Below are positions 30,628-42,295 of a stretch of DNA of 51,141 nucleotides, in pieces. The first letter of the stretch is position 1. Each line of letters begins with the position of its first letter. The notes beneath the pieces are model-generated. The model was not told where the DNA came from. It was given only the letters and a program-made list of their open reading frames with translations, and made no database searches. This DNA comes from Rhodoferax sp. Lineage in GTDB: Bacteria; Pseudomonadota; Gammaproteobacteria; Burkholderiales; Burkholderiaceae_C. Where the stretch lies: positions 1-51,141 of the forward strand of contig JAIPDA010000001.1 in assembly GCA_021737905.1 (NCBI GenBank), in the 5' to 3' direction. Position numbers and translations under genes: made by a program.

Positions 30628-33600
30628 TTAAACCAGCACGCGTTCGATGCCGCCGTGGTTGGCCGCCTCGACATAGGCAGGCATCCAGTCCTTACCCAGA
30701 ATCTGGTTGGCCATCTCGACGACGATGTAGTCGGCTTCAAGAAGACCGTTGTTGAGGTCATCGCCAAAGCGCGAAAGCCCCTGCAGGCAGCTCGGGCAGC
30801 TGGTGAGAATCTTCACATTGCCCTGGGCCGCCACGGCGCCACTGGCACGCAAGGCCGCTTCGCCTTTTTGCAGCTCTTCTTCTTTGCGATAGCGGATCTG
30901 CGTCGAGATGTCGGGCCGCGTCACACCCAGGGTGCCGGACTCGCCGCAGCAACGATCGTTTTTAAGCACGTTGTCGCCCATCAGCGCTTTCACGGTTTTC
31001 ATGGGCTCCTGCAACTTCATGGGGCTGTGGCAGGGGTCGTGGTACAGATAACCTTGGCCAGGCGCATCGGTGCGCAGCGTGATATTTTTCTCAAGCAGGT
31101 ATTCGTGGATGTCGATGATGCGGCAGCCGGGGAATATTTTGTCGAACTCGTAGCCCTGCAACTGGTCGTAGCAGGTACCGCAGCTCACCACCACCGTCTT
31201 GATGTCCAGGTAATTGAGCGTGTTGGCCACGCGGTGAAACAGCACGCGGTTGTCGGTGATGATCTTGTCGGCCTTGTCAAACTGACCGCTGCCACGTTGC
31301 GGATAGCCGCAGCACAAATAGCCAGGCGGCAACACGGTCTGCACACCGGCATGCCAGAGCATGGCCTGCGTGGCCAGCCCGACCTGCGAGAACAAGCGCT
31401 CCGAACCGCAGCCGGGAAAATAAAACACCGCTTCCGTTTCAGCCGTCGTGCGCTTGGGGTCGCGGATGATCGGGACGTAGTCCTTGTCTTCAATGTCCAG
31501 CAAAGCGCGGGCGGACTTTTTGGGCAGGCCGCCGGGCATTTTCTTGTTGATGAAGTGAATCACCTGCTCTTTGACCGGCGCCTTGCCGACGCTGGCCGGC
31601 GGCTTGGCCGTCTGCTTGCGCGCAAAAGATCGCAATAAATCATGGGCCAGGCGCTGCGCCTTGAAGCCGACATCGACCATGGCGCTGCGCATGAACTTGA
31701 TGGTCTGCGGATTGGTCGCATTGAGAAAGAACATGGCTGCGGCGTTGCCGGGCCGAAAAGACTTCTGGCCCATCTTGCGCAAGAGGTTGCGCATATTCAT
31801 GGAGACTTCGCCAAAGTCGATATTGACCGGGCATGGCGTCAGACACTTGTGGCAGACCGTGCAGTGGTCGGCCACGTCTTCAAACTCTTCCCAGTGCTTG
31901 ATGGAGATGCCGCGGCGGGTTTGCTCCTCGTACAGAAAAGCTTCGATCAGCAGCGAAGTCGCCAGGATTTTGTTGCGCGGGCTGTACAGCAGGTTGGCAC
32001 GCGGCACATGGGTGGCGCACACCGGCTTGCACTTGCCGCAGCGCAGGCAGTCCTTGATGCTGTGGGCAATGTCGCCGATGTCGGACTGCTGCATGATCAG
32101 CGATTCATGGCCCATCAGACCGAAGCTGGGTGTGTAGGCGTTGGTCAAATCAGCCGGAAAAGCCGCGTCGCGCAGCAGCTTGCCTTTGTTGAACCTGCCT
32201 TCGGGGTCTACACGCAGCTTGTAGTCGGTAAAGGGCTGCAGTTCGGCTTCGGTCAAAAAGTCCAGCTTGGTGATGCCGATGCCGTGCTCGCCGGAGATGA
32301 CGCCGTCGAGCGAGCGCGCCAGCACCATGATGCGGGCGACGGCGCGGTGCGCAGTCTGCAGCATGTCGTAGTTGTCGCTGTTGACGGGGAGGTTGGTGTG
32401 CACATTGCCGTCACCCGCATGCATGTGCAGCGCCACCCAGACGCGGCCTTTGAGCACGCGGGCATGAATGGCGCTGCACTCATCCAGGATGGGCTGAAAA
32501 GCCGCGCCATTGAAAACGGCCTGTAGCGGCAAGCGCAGCTGGGTTTTCCAGCTGGCGCGCAAGGAGTGGTCTTGCAGTTGTGCAAACAAGGGCTCGACCT
32601 GATCGAGCCAGCCGCGCCACAAGCTGCGCACTTCCCGCACCAGGCTAAGCGCCTGCGACACGCGGTCTTCGAGCAACTCAGCCGACGGAATTTCATTGGC
32701 ATCGTCTGACTTGCCCAGCGGCAACTGACCTTGGGTGAAAAAAGCCTCGAGCGCATCGCAGAGCTTGAGCTTGTTGGCCAGGCTGAGTTCGATGTTGATG
32801 CGCTCGATGCCGTCCGAATACTCGGCCAGGCGTGGCAACGGAATCACCACGTCTTCGTTGATCTTGAAGGCGTTGGTGTGGCGCGAGATGGCCGCTGTCC
32901 GCTTGCGGTCCAACCAGAATTTTTTACGCGCATCGGCGCTGATGGCAATGAAGCCCTCGCCGGCGCGCGAATTGGCGATGCGCACCACCTCGGAAGTGGC
33001 ACGCGCCACCACATCAGCATCGTCACCGGCAATGTCGCCCACCAATACCATCTTGGGCAGTCCGCCGCGCTTGGACTTGGTCGCGTAACCGACGGCCTTG
33101 AGGTAGCGGTCGTCCAGGTGTTCAAAGCCGGCCAGGATGGCGCCGGCGCGCTTTTGCTCGGCGAACATGAAGTCTTTGATCTCGACAATGCTGGGCACCG
33201 CATCTTTGGCGTTGCCGAAAAACTCCAGGCACACCGTGCGGGTGTGCGCCGGCATTTTGTGCACGATCCAGCGGGCGCTGGTGATCAGGCCGTCACAGCC
33301 TTCTTTCTGGATGCCGGGCAAGCCGCTCAGAAACTTGTCGGTCACGTCTTTGCCCAGACCTTCTTTTCGAAAAGTCTTGCCCGGGATGTCCATGCGTTCG
33401 GTGCGGATTGGCGTCTTGCCGTCAGCCTCAAAATAATTAAGCTCAAAACTGGCCATCTCGACATCGTGAATCTTGCCCAGGTTGTGGTTCAGACGAACCA
33501 CCTCCAGCCATTGCGCGTCGGGCGTGACCATGCGCCAGGAGGCCAGGTTGTCCACCGCCGTGCCCCCCAGCACGCCTTTTTTGCCGCCCGCGTTCATGGC

Positions 33601-34524
33601 GATGTTCCCGCCTATGCAAGAGGCTTCGGCCGAGGTTGGGTCGACCGCAAAGACAAAACCGGCCCGGTCGGCCATGTCAGCCACGCGCTGCGTGACCACG
33701 CCCGCTTCGGTCCAAATGGTGGGGACCGGTTCGGCCAGACCTGGCAGCATGACTTTTTGCACCTCGGTCATGACTTCGAGTTTTTCGGTGTTGATCACCG
33801 CTGACTTCCAGGTCAGGGGGATGGCGCCGCCGGTGTAGCCGGTACCGCCGCCACGTGGCACGATCGTCAGGCCCAACTCGATGCAGGCCTTGACCATGCC
33901 GACCATTTCGACTTCGGTGTCAGGGGTCAGCACCACAAACGGGTACTCGACACGCCAGTCTGTCGCGTCGGTCACATGCGAGACACGCGACAAACCGTCG
34001 AACTTGATATTGTCTTTTTGCGTGCACTTGCCCAGCTTGCGTTGCGTCTTGCGCCGCAGCTCAGTCATGGCCTGGAAAGAGGCAGAAAAGCGATCTACAG
34101 CCGCCCTCGCCAAAACCAGTAACTCGCCCACGATCAGGTCACGATCGGCATGCGTGTCGGGTGTACGGCGCTTTTCGACCTCCCCGAGCCGGTGTTGCAA
34201 GGCCTCCACCAGCAACTTGCGACGCTTGGGGTTGTCCAGCAGGTCGTCTTGCAGGTAGGGATTGCGCTGCACCACCCAGATATCGCCAAGCACTTCATAG
34301 AGCATGCGCGCTGAGCGGCCGGTGCGACGCTCGCCGCGCAGTTCATTGAGCAGCGCCCAGGCCCTGTCACCCAGCAGTCGAATCACGACTTCACGGTCAG
34401 AAAACGAGGTGTAGTTGTATGGAATCTCGCGGATCCGGGCCTGGCCCGCCGCGTCGCCCAGCGAAAACTCCGAGGAGTCGCCGGCGATGGCCTGAAATTC
34501 GTCTAATGTTGTGAGAGCGTTCAT
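30628..34524 (-). CDS. large FAD-binding / Fe-S oxidoreductase (DUF3683 + GlcD-like + GlcF-like cysteine-rich domains)
   Basis: [63 protein letters not shown] and CCG motifs. Confidence 0.9.
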   Translation of the reverse strand: MNALTTLDEFQAIAGDSSEFSLGDAAGQARIREIPYNYTSFSDREVVIRLLGDRAWALLNELRGERRTGRSARMLYEVLGDIWVVQRNPYLQDDLLDNPKRRKLLVEALQHRLGEVEKRRTPDTHADRDLIVGELLVLARAAVDRFSASFQAMTELRRKTQRKLGKCTQKDNIKFDGLSRVSHVTDATDWRVEYPFVVLTPDTEVEMVGMVKACIELGLTIVPRGGGTGYTGGAIPLTWKSAVINTEKLEVMTEVQKVMLPGLAEPVPTIWTEAGVVTQRVADMADRAGFVFAVDPTSAEASCIGGNIAMNAGGKKGVLGGTAVDNLASWRMVTPDAQWLEVVRLNHNLGKIHDVEMASFELNYFEADGKTPIRTERMDIPGKTFRKEGLGKDVTDKFLSGLPGIQKEGCDGLITSARWIVHKMPAHTRTVCLEFFGNAKDAVPSIVEIKDFMFAEQKRAGAILAGFEHLDDRYLKAVGYATKSKRGGLPKMVLVGDIAGDDADVVARATSEVVRIANSRAGEGFIAISADARKKFWLDRKRTAAISRHTNAFKINEDVVIPLPRLAEYSDGIERINIELSLANKLKLCDALEAFFTQGQLPLGKSDDANEIPSAELLEDRVSQALSLVREVRSLWRGWLDQVEPLFAQLQDHSLRASWKTQLRLPLQAVFNGAAFQPILDECSAIHARVLKGRVWVALHMHAGDGNVHTNLPVNSDNYDMLQTAHRAVARIMVLARSLDGVISGEHGIGITKLDFLTEAELQPFTDYKLRVDPEGRFNKGKLLRDAAFPADLTNAYTPSFGLMGHESLIMQQSDIGDIAHSIKDCLRCGKCKPVCATHVPRANLLYSPRNKILATSLLIEAFLYEEQTRRGISIKHWEEFEDVADHCTVCHKCLTPCPVNIDFGEVSMNMRNLLRKMGQKSFRPGNAAAMFFLNATNPQTIKFMRSAMVDVGFKAQRLAHDLLRSFARKQTAKPPASVGKAPVKEQVIHFINKKMPGGLPKKSARALLDIEDKDYVPIIRDPKRTTAETEAVFYFPGCGSERLFSQVGLATQAMLWHAGVQTVLPPGYLCCGYPQRGSGQFDKADKIITDNRVLFHRVANTLNYLDIKTVVVSCGTCYDQLQGYEFDKIFPGCRIIDIHEYLLEKNITLRTDAPGQGYLYHDPCHSPMKLQEPMKTVKALMGDNVLKNDRCCGESGTLGVTRPDISTQIRYRKEEELQKGEAALRASGAVAAQGNVKILTSCPSCLQGLSRFGDDLNNGLLEADYIVVEMANQILGKDWMPAYVEAANHGGIERVLV

Positions 34525-34740
34525 CTTGAAAAATAGACTGACAAGGAGGGAGAGCCCCCCTGAACACCGATGTTAACGCAGCACCACCGCCAGCCTAGGG
34601 TTAGCACCCGGGTGACCTCATGGAAGTCGCGGTTGTTGCCCTTAGCTCAAGGCTGGTGCAAACTCCCGGTAGCAGCAGACTATCCCCCCACAGGATTCGG
34701 CTCGCCGACATACCGCTGTCCGACAAACCCTCTTTTTGCC

Positions 34741-35502
34741 ATGAAAACCTCCACGCTTCCGGTCTGGCCCTACCCTCGCTGGGTCGCGCACCGCGGCGCC
34801 GGCAAGCTGGCACCCGAAAACACCCTGGCCGCGTTTCGACTCGGTACACGCTACGGCTACCGGATGTTTGAGTGTGACGTCAAACTGAGCGCGGATGAAG
34901 TGCCTTTTTTGCTGCACGACGCCTCGCTGGAGCGCACCACCAACGGCTGCGGCATCGCCGGGCAGTTGAGCTGGGCCGAACTCTCGCGCCTGGACGCTGG
35001 CAGCTGGCACTCGCGCTCCTACGCGGGCGAGCCCATCGCCAGCCTGGAGGCCGTGGCGCGCTATTGCCTGGGCAACGGACTTGCGCTGAACATCGAGATC
35101 AAGCCCACGCCGGGTGTCGAGTCGCTGACTGGCGCGCTGGTGGCTGACGCGGCGGCGCGGCTGTGGGCGAACGCCCCGGCCGGGACCATGGCGCCGCTGC
35201 TGACCTCTTTCAGCCCCGATGCACTGGAGGCTGCGCAATCAGCGCAGCCGCAGTTGCCGCGCGGCCTGCTACTCGAGCAGTTATGGACCGGCTGGCTGGA
35301 AACCGCCTTGCGCTTGGGCTGCGTGGCGGTGGTGTGCAACCAGGCGCTGTGGGATGAATCTAGCGTGCGCCAGGCGCGCAGCGCTGGCCTGCGGATGTCG
35401 AGCTACACCGTCAATGACGAATGGGCGGCTGAGCGCCTGCTGGCACTGGGCACCGACGCCATCATCACCGACCGGGTCGATTTGTTTTCTGCGTCGCGCT
35501 AA
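34741..35502 (+). CDS. ugpQ: glycerophosphodiester phosphodiesterase
   Basis: AHRGAGKLAPENT, ECDV, HDxxLERTT, NIEIK and YTVN...ITD. Confidence 0.9.
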   Translation: MKTSTLPVWPYPRWVAHRGAGKLAPENTLAAFRLGTRYGYRMFECDVKLSADEVPFLLHDASLERTTNGCGIAGQLSWAELSRLDAGSWHSRSYAGEPIASLEAVARYCLGNGLALNIEIKPTPGVESLTGALVADAAARLWANAPAGTMAPLLTSFSPDALEAAQSAQPQLPRGLLLEQLWTGWLETALRLGCVAVVCNQALWDESSVRQARSAGLRMSSYTVNDEWAAERLLALGTDAIITDRVDLFSASR

Positions 35503-35518
35503 GCACGCAGGGAGGGTT

Positions 35519-35809
35519 TCAGGCGCGCCAAGCGCGCATCAACAACCATTGGGCGATGGCGGCAGCCAAGGTCATGGCGGCATAGGTCAGCAGTTTGCCG
35601 TCTTGCGAAAAAAACACCAGCCCGGCCACCATGACCAGCACGTTGACCAGCGCCACGATCGCAAATTGCCTTCCCCAGCCCATGCGCGAGGATCTGGCAG
35701 CGCTGCGCCCCCCCGGCCAGCGCCGGGCTGCCAGCACCACACACAAAGCCACAAAAAGCGCAGGCGCAATGAAATTCAAAAGGTGGTTTGTCAGCAGGTA
35801 GGCTGTCAT
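35519..35809 (-). CDS. small hypothetical membrane protein (3 predicted TM segments)
   Basis: MTAYLLTNHLLNFIAPA...DGKLLTYAA; hydrophobic; fills the gap divergent from hemA. Confidence 0.65.
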   Translation of the reverse strand: MTAYLLTNHLLNFIAPALFVALCVVLAARRWPGGRSAARSSRMGWGRQFAIVALVNVLVMVAGLVFFSQDGKLLTYAAMTLAAAIAQWLLMRAWRA

Positions 35810-35924
35810 AGTGGATGGCGACTGGCGCCGCAACAGTGGTGCGTTTCGAAATCTGCTTGACTGCAGTTTAAGCGCTCCATAAGGCGTCAATTGGCGAGGC
35901 CCAAGGGCGGCACCGCCAAAAATT

Positions 35925-35930
35925 TATAAT
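35925..35930 (+). promoter_or_regulatory. sigma70 -10 element immediately before hemA
   Basis: TATAAT ending 6 nt before the hemA ATG. Confidence 0.55.
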
Positions 35931-35936
35931 CAGGGC

Positions 35937-37217
35937 ATGTCAGTCTGGGCCCTCGGTTTAAACCATCACACAGCGCCGCTGGACTTGCGGGGCCGTTTCG
36001 CTTTTGCGCTCGATCAGATCGAACCCACGCTCAAGGGCTTGCGCGCGTCATTGGCGCGTCAGCCTGAAGCAACATTGCTGTCCACCTGCAACCGCACCGA
36101 GATTTACTGTGCCGGCGAGCATGCCGACCTGGACAGCACCATTGATTGGCTGGCACATAACGGCGGCGTCTCGCCAGACCTGCTGCGCTCACACAGCTAC
36201 GCACTGCACAACGACGAGGCCGCACGCCATGCTTTTCGCGTGGCCAGCGGGCTGGACTCCATGGTGCTGGGCGAGCCGCAAATCCTCGGCCAAATGAAAG
36301 ACGCGGTGCGCGCAGCAGAAGATGCCGGCACCATTGGCACCACGCTGCAGCAGTTGTTTCAGCGCTCGTTTTCTGTGGCCAAGGACGTGCGCAGCAACAC
36401 CGACGTTGGCGCCCACAGCATCAGCATGGCGGCGGCCTCGGTGCGCCTGGCCGGTCAACTCTTTGAGAATCTGGCGGACATCCGGATCTTGTTTGTGGGT
36501 GCCGGTGAAATGATTGAGCTGGCGGCCACCCATTTCGCTGCGAAAAACCCAAAGTCCTTGGCGATTGCCAACCGCACGCTGGAGCGCGGCGAAAAACTGG
36601 CCGGGCGCTTTGGGGCTGAAGTACTGCGACTGAGCGATTTGCCACAGCGCCTGCATGAATTTGACGCTGTGATCAGCTGCACTGCCAGCAGCTTGCCCAT
36701 CATCGGCTTGGGTGCGGTGGAACGCGCGCTCAAGCAGCGCAAACACCGGCCCATGTTCATGGTCGATCTGGCGGTGCCCCGTGACATCGAGCCCGAAGTG
36801 CAGGCGCTCCAAGATGTTTTTCTCTACACCGTGGACGATCTGGCCAAGGTGGTGCAAACAGGCAAAGAACATCGGCAGGCCGCTGTGGCGCAAGCCGAAG
36901 TGATCATTGATGCGGGCGTGCAAAACTTCATGCACTGGCTCAACCAGCGTGGCACTGTGCCACTGATCCAGCAACTCAATGCGCAGGCTGATGAGTGGCG
37001 CAGCCTGGAGATCAACCGCGCCAGAAAAATGCTGCATAAGGGCGAGCCGATAGAAGCCGTGCTTGAAGCCCTGTCACGCGGGCTGACTCAGAAAATGCTG
37101 CACGGCGCGATGGCCGAGTTGCACGCCTGTGATGCACAAACGCGCGACAGCACGGCCCAGGTGGTCAGTCGCCTTTTCCTGCGCGGCAACCCGCCCAAAG
37201 ACAGTAACAGCCTTTAG
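35937..37217 (+). CDS. hemA: glutamyl-tRNA reductase
   Basis: [29 protein letters not shown] and DLAVPRD. Confidence 0.97.
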   Translation: MSVWALGLNHHTAPLDLRGRFAFALDQIEPTLKGLRASLARQPEATLLSTCNRTEIYCAGEHADLDSTIDWLAHNGGVSPDLLRSHSYALHNDEAARHAFRVASGLDSMVLGEPQILGQMKDAVRAAEDAGTIGTTLQQLFQRSFSVAKDVRSNTDVGAHSISMAAASVRLAGQLFENLADIRILFVGAGEMIELAATHFAAKNPKSLAIANRTLERGEKLAGRFGAEVLRLSDLPQRLHEFDAVISCTASSLPIIGLGAVERALKQRKHRPMFMVDLAVPRDIEPEVQALQDVFLYTVDDLAKVVQTGKEHRQAAVAQAEVIIDAGVQNFMHWLNQRGTVPLIQQLNAQADEWRSLEINRARKMLHKGEPIEAVLEALSRGLTQKMLHGAMAELHACDAQTRDSTAQVVSRLFLRGNPPKDSNSL

Positions 37218-37323
37218 CGGTGACCGCCCCAGCGGCCCGTGCACCCCGACTTGAAAGCGGGGTGCCCCATTGGGCTTTGCAGTGCATGCGCACCCCGGTC
37301 AATTTCTTGCACAACTCATTCAG

Positions 37324-38439
37324 ATGAAACCTTTTTTACGTCAAACCCTGGACCGCCAACTACTTCGCCTGCAGGAGCTGGACGCCCTGCTGTCGGCGAG
37401 CGACGTGGTCAGTGACATGGGCCGCTTTCGCAGCCTGACCCGCGAACACGCAGAAGCCAGCCTGATCACCGCGCAGTACCAGCGCTTGACGCAGCGTGAG
37501 ACAGATCTGGCTGAAGCCCAGTCTTTGCTCGCTGACGCAGGCAGCGATCCAGACATGTCAGCGATGGCCGAGGATGAAATCACTGCGGCCAAAGCCGACA
37601 TCAGCCGGCTTGACGAGGCGCTGCAAAGAATGCTGATACCCAAAGACCCGGACGACGCCAGGCCGGCTTTTCTGGAGCTGCGCGCGGGGGCCGGCGGTGA
37701 CGAATCTGCGCTGTTTGCTGCCGACCTGTTTCGCATGTACACGCGTTACGCCGAGCGTTGCGGCTGGCGCTGCGAAATCATCAGCGAGTCGCCTTCTGAG
37801 CTGGGCGGCTACAAGGAGGTGGTGCTGCGCATCGAAGGGGCGGCCGATGCGCTGGGCATGGGCGTTTACGGCCGGCTGCGCTTTGAGTCGGGCGGCCACC
37901 GGGTGCAGCGCGTGCCGGCCACCGAAACCCAGGGCCGCATCCACACCAGCGCTTGCACCGTCGCCGTGCTGCCGGAGCCCGACGAAGCGGTGGCCATCCA
38001 GATCAACCCGGCCGACCTGCGAATTGACACCTACCGCGCCAGCGGGGCCGGTGGCCAGCACATCAACAAGACCGACTCGGCGGTGCGCATCACTCACCTG
38101 CCCACCGGCATCGTGGCCGAATGCCAGGACGGCCGCAGCCAGCACGGTAACAAGGCGCAAGCGCTGAAGGTGCTGACGGCACGCATCCAAGAAAAAGACC
38201 GCTCTGAACGGGCTGCCAAAGACGCTGCCATGCGCAAAGGCCTGATCGGCAGCGGCGACCGCAGCGACCGCATCCGCACCTACAACTTCCCCCAGGGCCG
38301 GCTCACCGACCATCGCATCAACCTCACTTTGTACAAACTGGGGGCCATCATGGAAGGCGACATGGACGATGTGATCACCGCCTTGCAAGTCGAGCGCGGC
38401 GCAGAACTGCTGGCCGAACTGGAAAACCGCTATGGCTGA
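37324..38439 (+). CDS. prfA: peptide chain release factor 1
   Basis: PAT codon-recognition motif ([10 protein letters not shown]), GAGGQH and RTYNFPQ; hemA-prfA-prmC order. Confidence 0.97.
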   Translation: MKPFLRQTLDRQLLRLQELDALLSASDVVSDMGRFRSLTREHAEASLITAQYQRLTQRETDLAEAQSLLADAGSDPDMSAMAEDEITAAKADISRLDEALQRMLIPKDPDDARPAFLELRAGAGGDESALFAADLFRMYTRYAERCGWRCEIISESPSELGGYKEVVLRIEGAADALGMGVYGRLRFESGGHRVQRVPATETQGRIHTSACTVAVLPEPDEAVAIQINPADLRIDTYRASGAGGQHINKTDSAVRITHLPTGIVAECQDGRSQHGNKAQALKVLTARIQEKDRSERAAKDAAMRKGLIGSGDRSDRIRTYNFPQGRLTDHRINLTLYKLGAIMEGDMDDVITALQVERGAELLAELENRYG

Positions 38440-39325
38440 ACCCGCTGACAGTCCAAACGACACCAGCAACTTGGACAACATAGCCAAAGCCTTGCGTCAA
38501 GCGCTCAGCAGCGGCTTGACCCGGCTGGAAGCGCAGCGATTACTGCTGCATTCGCTGGGCCGCCCGCTCACAGACCGCGCATGGCTGACAAGCCATGTCC
38601 ATGACACACTCACACCGGAGCAGGCACAAGGATTTACCGCCCTGTGCACTCGCTCAAGCCAGGGTGAGCCGCTGGCTTACCTGCTCGGCCAACAAGAATT
38701 TTTCGGTTTGACGCTGGCGGTTGATCCGCGGGTGCTGATTCCCCGGCCGGACACCGAAACCCTGGTGAACTGGGCGCTGACACTGCTGCCGGCGGCGCCT
38801 GGCTCGGCCAGGGTGCTGGACCTGGGCACAGGCAGCGGCGCGGTAGCGCTGGCGCTCAAACATGCCCGCCCGTCAAGCGAGGTGCTGGCCATCGACGCCA
38901 GCGAGCCAGCCTTGTGCGTAGCGCGCGCAAACGCTCTTTCGCTGGGTCTGGACGTCAGGATGATCGCCAGCTGCTGGCTGGAGGGCGTCAGCGGCGTGTT
39001 TGACCTGATTGTCAGCAACCCGCCTTATGTTCGCACGGGCGATCCGCACCTTGCCGCCTTGGGCCATGAGCCCTTGCAGGCGCTGACCGCCGGGGCAGAT
39101 GGGCACGATGACTTGCGCCAGATCATTGCGCAGGCGCCGCAGCACCTATTGGGCGGTGGCTGGCTGCTGCTAGAGCACGGCTACGACCAGGCCGGCGCGG
39201 TGAGTATGCTGCTGCAGGCGGGCGGCTTTGAAGCGGTCAGCAGCCGCCCCGATCTGGCCGGTATTTTGCGCTGTACAGGGGGGCGTTGGCCGGCCGGCGG
39301 CAAGGGCACTGAAAGAGCCGGATAA
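38432..39325 (+). CDS. prmC: release factor glutamine methyltransferase
   Basis: [22 protein letters not shown] and LEHGYDQ. Confidence 0.95.
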   Translation: MAEPADSPNDTSNLDNIAKALRQALSSGLTRLEAQRLLLHSLGRPLTDRAWLTSHVHDTLTPEQAQGFTALCTRSSQGEPLAYLLGQQEFFGLTLAVDPRVLIPRPDTETLVNWALTLLPAAPGSARVLDLGTGSGAVALALKHARPSSEVLAIDASEPALCVARANALSLGLDVRMIASCWLEGVSGVFDLIVSNPPYVRTGDPHLAALGHEPLQALTAGADGHDDLRQIIAQAPQHLLGGGWLLLEHGYDQAGAVSMLLQAGGFEAVSSRPDLAGILRCTGGRWPAGGKGTERAG

Positions 39326-39384
39326 TCCAGTTAATGGCATCCGGTTTGCCCGCCAGTCCAAATCTGAATCAAGGAGCAATGAAT

Positions 39385-39705
39385 ATGAGCGATACACAGC
39401 AACGCATCGACGACATCGTCAAATCCAGTGACGTGGTTCTTTTCATGAAAGGAACCGCCCAGTTCCCTATGTGCGGCTTTTCAGGCCGTGCAATTCAGGT
39501 GCTCAAAGCCTGTGGCGTCACCAAGCCGGCAACGGTCAACGTGCTGGAGGACGAAGAGATTCGCAACGGCATCAAGGAATACAGCAACTGGCCGACGATT
39601 CCCCAGCTCTACATCAAAGGTGAATTCATCGGCGGCTCAGACATCATGACGGAGATGTTCCAAAACGGCGAGTTGCAGCAGGTACTCGGCACGCCAGAAG
39701 CCTGA
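39385..39705 (+). CDS. grxD: monothiol glutaredoxin Grx4
   Basis: CGFS active site, WPTIPQLY and GGSDI; AAGGAG RBS at 39371-39376. Confidence 0.96.
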   Translation: MSDTQQRIDDIVKSSDVVLFMKGTAQFPMCGFSGRAIQVLKACGVTKPATVNVLEDEEIRNGIKEYSNWPTIPQLYIKGEFIGGSDIMTEMFQNGELQQVLGTPEA

Positions 39706-39723
39706 TCGGGCCTGGGGCTCCGA

Positions 39724-39930
39724 CTACTGCAGTTTGGCGTCGCCGTAGGGCAAGTCTTCGGGTGGCGCCTCGGTGGGCACGCGAAAGCTTTCGCTGGCCC
39801 ACGCACCCAAATCCACATTTTTGCAGCGTTCACTGCAAAAAGGCCGGAAAACATTGGCCGGCGCATACACGCTGAGGCCGCCGCAAGTCGGGCAGGCCAC
39901 GGTTTTAGTTCTGGGATTTATGTTGTCCAA
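39724..39930 (-). CDS. yacG: DNA gyrase inhibitor YacG
   Basis: CPTC...RPFCSERC..DLGAWA. Confidence 0.92.
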   Translation of the reverse strand: MDNINPRTKTVACPTCGGLSVYAPANVFRPFCSERCKNVDLGAWASESFRVPTEAPPEDLPYGDAKLQ

Positions 39931-39979
39931 GGTCTGGGCTTTCAGACAGGCCGCCGGCTTCAGCAGACGGCCGCTTGAA

Positions 39980-40735
39980 TCAAGCGCAAAGCGTCAATTC
40001 GAATTGCGCGTCATCGGTGTAAGTGTGTAGCCGATCGTCGTTTTCCTTTTGCATCATCCGCACCGACACCAGCAAACGGTTGGCACTGATTTCAGGAATC
40101 ACCCCTGTCGCGGAATCCAGACGCAGTCGCAGCAACTGAAAGCTGCGGCCCTGGGGCAGGGTCTGTTGGTACAGGCCACCGGAAGCCAACACTTTTTGCG
40201 GCTGCCCGGCGTCGCGCAGCAACTTCAGCAACATGCCAATCGATCGGGCCAGCGGCAGCAAAGTGCCCATCCAACGCTGCAGGTCCTCCCGGCGGCGATT
40301 GCCCGGCAGGTGCTGCCAGGCGAAATAAGCCGGCAAATCAAATTCGAAGGTGCCGCCGGGTATGCCGGCGCGGCTGCGGATGCTCATTAACCAGTCGTTG
40401 TCTGTGAGTGTTTGACCCACCTTACCCGGCAGCGCATTGAGCGCAGAGAAAAAGCCGTCGAGCTGCCCGATCACTTCATCCAGCGCATCCTCAGAAATGG
40501 ACGGGTTGCCCCGGTAAGCATTGAGAACATGTTTTTGTTTTTCAAGGTCTTTGAGGACTTCGGTTTTTAAGTCGGCGCGCCCGCCAACGTCCATGATCTC
40601 GAAAATGGTTGTGATTGCATAGTGGTGATCAACGGGTTCATCACGCTCTGCCAGCTCACCGAGGCGAGAGAATAAATGCTCAAGCCGCAAGTAAGTTCGA
40701 ATGCGTTCGTTAAAGGGATACTCGTAAAGGATCAC
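39980..40735 (-). CDS. zapD: cell division protein ZapD
   Basis: GTG start giving (M)ILYEYPFNERIRTYLRLE, plus IPGGTFEFDLP; coaE-zapD-yacG order. Confidence 0.93.
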   Translation of the reverse strand: MILYEYPFNERIRTYLRLEHLFSRLGELAERDEPVDHHYAITTIFEIMDVGGRADLKTEVLKDLEKQKHVLNAYRGNPSISEDALDEVIGQLDGFFSALNALPGKVGQTLTDNDWLMSIRSRAGIPGGTFEFDLPAYFAWQHLPGNRRREDLQRWMGTLLPLARSIGMLLKLLRDAGQPQKVLASGGLYQQTLPQGRSFQLLRLRLDSATGVIPEISANRLLVSVRMMQKENDDRLHTYTDDAQFELTLCA

Positions 40736-40787
40736 AGCGCTATCTTTATCGGCGTTACGGGGGCCGGGCAGACCGGCAACCCGCGAA

Positions 40788-41399
40788 TCATAGCCCGAAG
40801 CGCTGCGCCACTGACCGTACCAGCGCGGCCAATTCCACCAAGGAGACGGTCTCGTTGTAAATACACAGGTCAGCCGCAGCCAGGCGCTGCGCACGGTCAG
40901 CCTGGCCGGCTATCACCAGTTGCACCGCCTCGCGCGTCCAGGCACTCCTTTGCATGACACGGCTGATTTGCCGGGATTCGGTGCAGTCAATCACCAAAAC
41001 CTGATGCAGCTGAGGGCGCCAATGACCGGATTCCACCAGCAATGGCACATCAAAGACGACACAGGCGGCACCGGCGCGTTCGGCGGTCAGGGCCTGCGCG
41101 GCCGTCTGGCTGGCCACCAGGGGATGGATGATGGCTTCGAGCCGGCGCTTGCTGCCTGGGTCTGAAAACACCTGCTTTCTCATGGCCTCACGGTCCAGCG
41201 CGCCGCTGGCATTGACAAAGCCGGAGCCGAATGCGCTGGCAATGGCCGGCATGGCCGCCCCGCCCGCAGCGGTGAGCTGACGGGAAATAGCATCTGCATC
41301 GATGATGCTTGCGCCCAGTTCGGCCAGCATGGCGGCGACCGTGCTCTTGCCGCTGCCGATGCCACCCGTCAGGCCGATGCGTTGCATGGTGCGGTTCAC
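40788..41399 (-). CDS. coaE: dephospho-CoA kinase
   Basis: IGLTGGIGSGKST, IDADAI, LEAIIHP and DVPLLVE. Confidence 0.96.
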   Translation of the reverse strand: MNRTMQRIGLTGGIGSGKSTVAAMLAELGASIIDADAISRQLTAAGGAAMPAIASAFGSGFVNASGALDREAMRKQVFSDPGSKRRLEAIIHPLVASQTAAQALTAERAGAACVVFDVPLLVESGHWRPQLHQVLVIDCTESRQISRVMQRSAWTREAVQLVIAGQADRAQRLAAADLCIYNETVSLVELAALVRSVAQRFGL

Positions 41400-42295
41400 A
41401 GGGCCAAGCCCAGGTCACGCAGCATATCCACAGGACCCCAGACCATCATCAGCAATGCGCTGGCAGCCAGAAAAGGGCCGAAAGGCAGATAAGCGCCGTC
41501 TCGCAACCGGGCCCGGTACTTGAGCACCAGGCCCACCACAGCGCCCGACACCGAGGCCAGCAGGATCATCGGCAGCAAGGCCGTCCAGCCCAACCAAGCA
41601 CCCAGTGCAGCGAACAATTTGAAGTCTCCGTAACCCATACCTTCTTTACCTGTGATCAGCTTGAATGCATGGTAGACCAGCCAAAGCGACATGTAGCCGC
41701 CGACAGCACCCCAAAAAGCATGGACCAAACTGACGCCGGGATTGATTTGCAAGGCGGCAGCGATCAACCCGGCCCACAGCAGGGGCAAGGTGATTTCATC
41801 AGGCAGCAGGGTGCTGTCCCAGTCGATCAGTGCCAGTGTGAGCAGGGCTGCTAAAAAACCGCACCATGCCAAGGCGGTGTAGCTGGCGCCCCAGCGCAGC
41901 ACACAGCCATAAAAAAGCACACCGGTGAAAAGCTCCACCAACGGGTAGCGCAAGCCATAGGCTTGGCCGCAGGCCGAACACTTGCCGCGCAAAAGCACAT
42001 AGCTCAGCACCGGTATGTTTTCATGCCAGGCGAGGGTGTGCTTGCAATGCGGGCAGCGTGAGCGCGGCTGCGACAGGCTCAATGAAACAAACTCTAGCGT
42101 TGGTAAGGGCAGGCCGGACTTTGCCGGGGTGAAGCCCGCGGTGCTTTCCCCGGTCAATTCGGCACAGTCACGGGCCCACTGAGCTTGCATGATGAGCGGC
42201 AGGCGGTGAATCACCACGTTCAGAAAGCTGCCGACCATGAGGCCCAACAAGCCCCCCAGCCAAGCCAAATACACAGGGCTGAGTTCAGGCCACAT
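41396..42295 (-). CDS. pilD: prepilin peptidase / N-methyltransferase
   Basis: GSFLNVVIHRLP, CPHC/CSAC, catalytic IDW and GMGYGDFKL, LPFGPFLA. Confidence 0.95.
   Translation of the reverse strand: MWPELSPVYLAWLGGLLGLMVGSFLNVVIHRLPLIMQAQWARDCAELTGESTAGFTPAKSGLPLPTLEFVSLSLSQPRSRCPHCKHTLAWHENIPVLSYVLLRGKCSACGQAYGLRYPLVELFTGVLFYGCVLRWGASYTALAWCGFLAALLTLALIDWDSTLLPDEITLPLLWAGLIAAALQINPGVSLVHAFWGAVGGYMSLWLVYHAFKLITGKEGMGYGDFKLFAALGAWLGWTALLPMILLASVSGAVVGLVLKYRARLRDGAYLPFGPFLAASALLMMVWGPVDMLRDLGLAL

Noticed and set aside
33550-33580. [14 protein letters not shown] in the oxidoreductase, where I recall GGKKAVLWGTALDN in homologues
   Set aside because: All three differences could be single changes to G clustered in a G-rich stretch, which resembles sequencing or consensus error. 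Raw reads are needed, and the reference motif is from memory.
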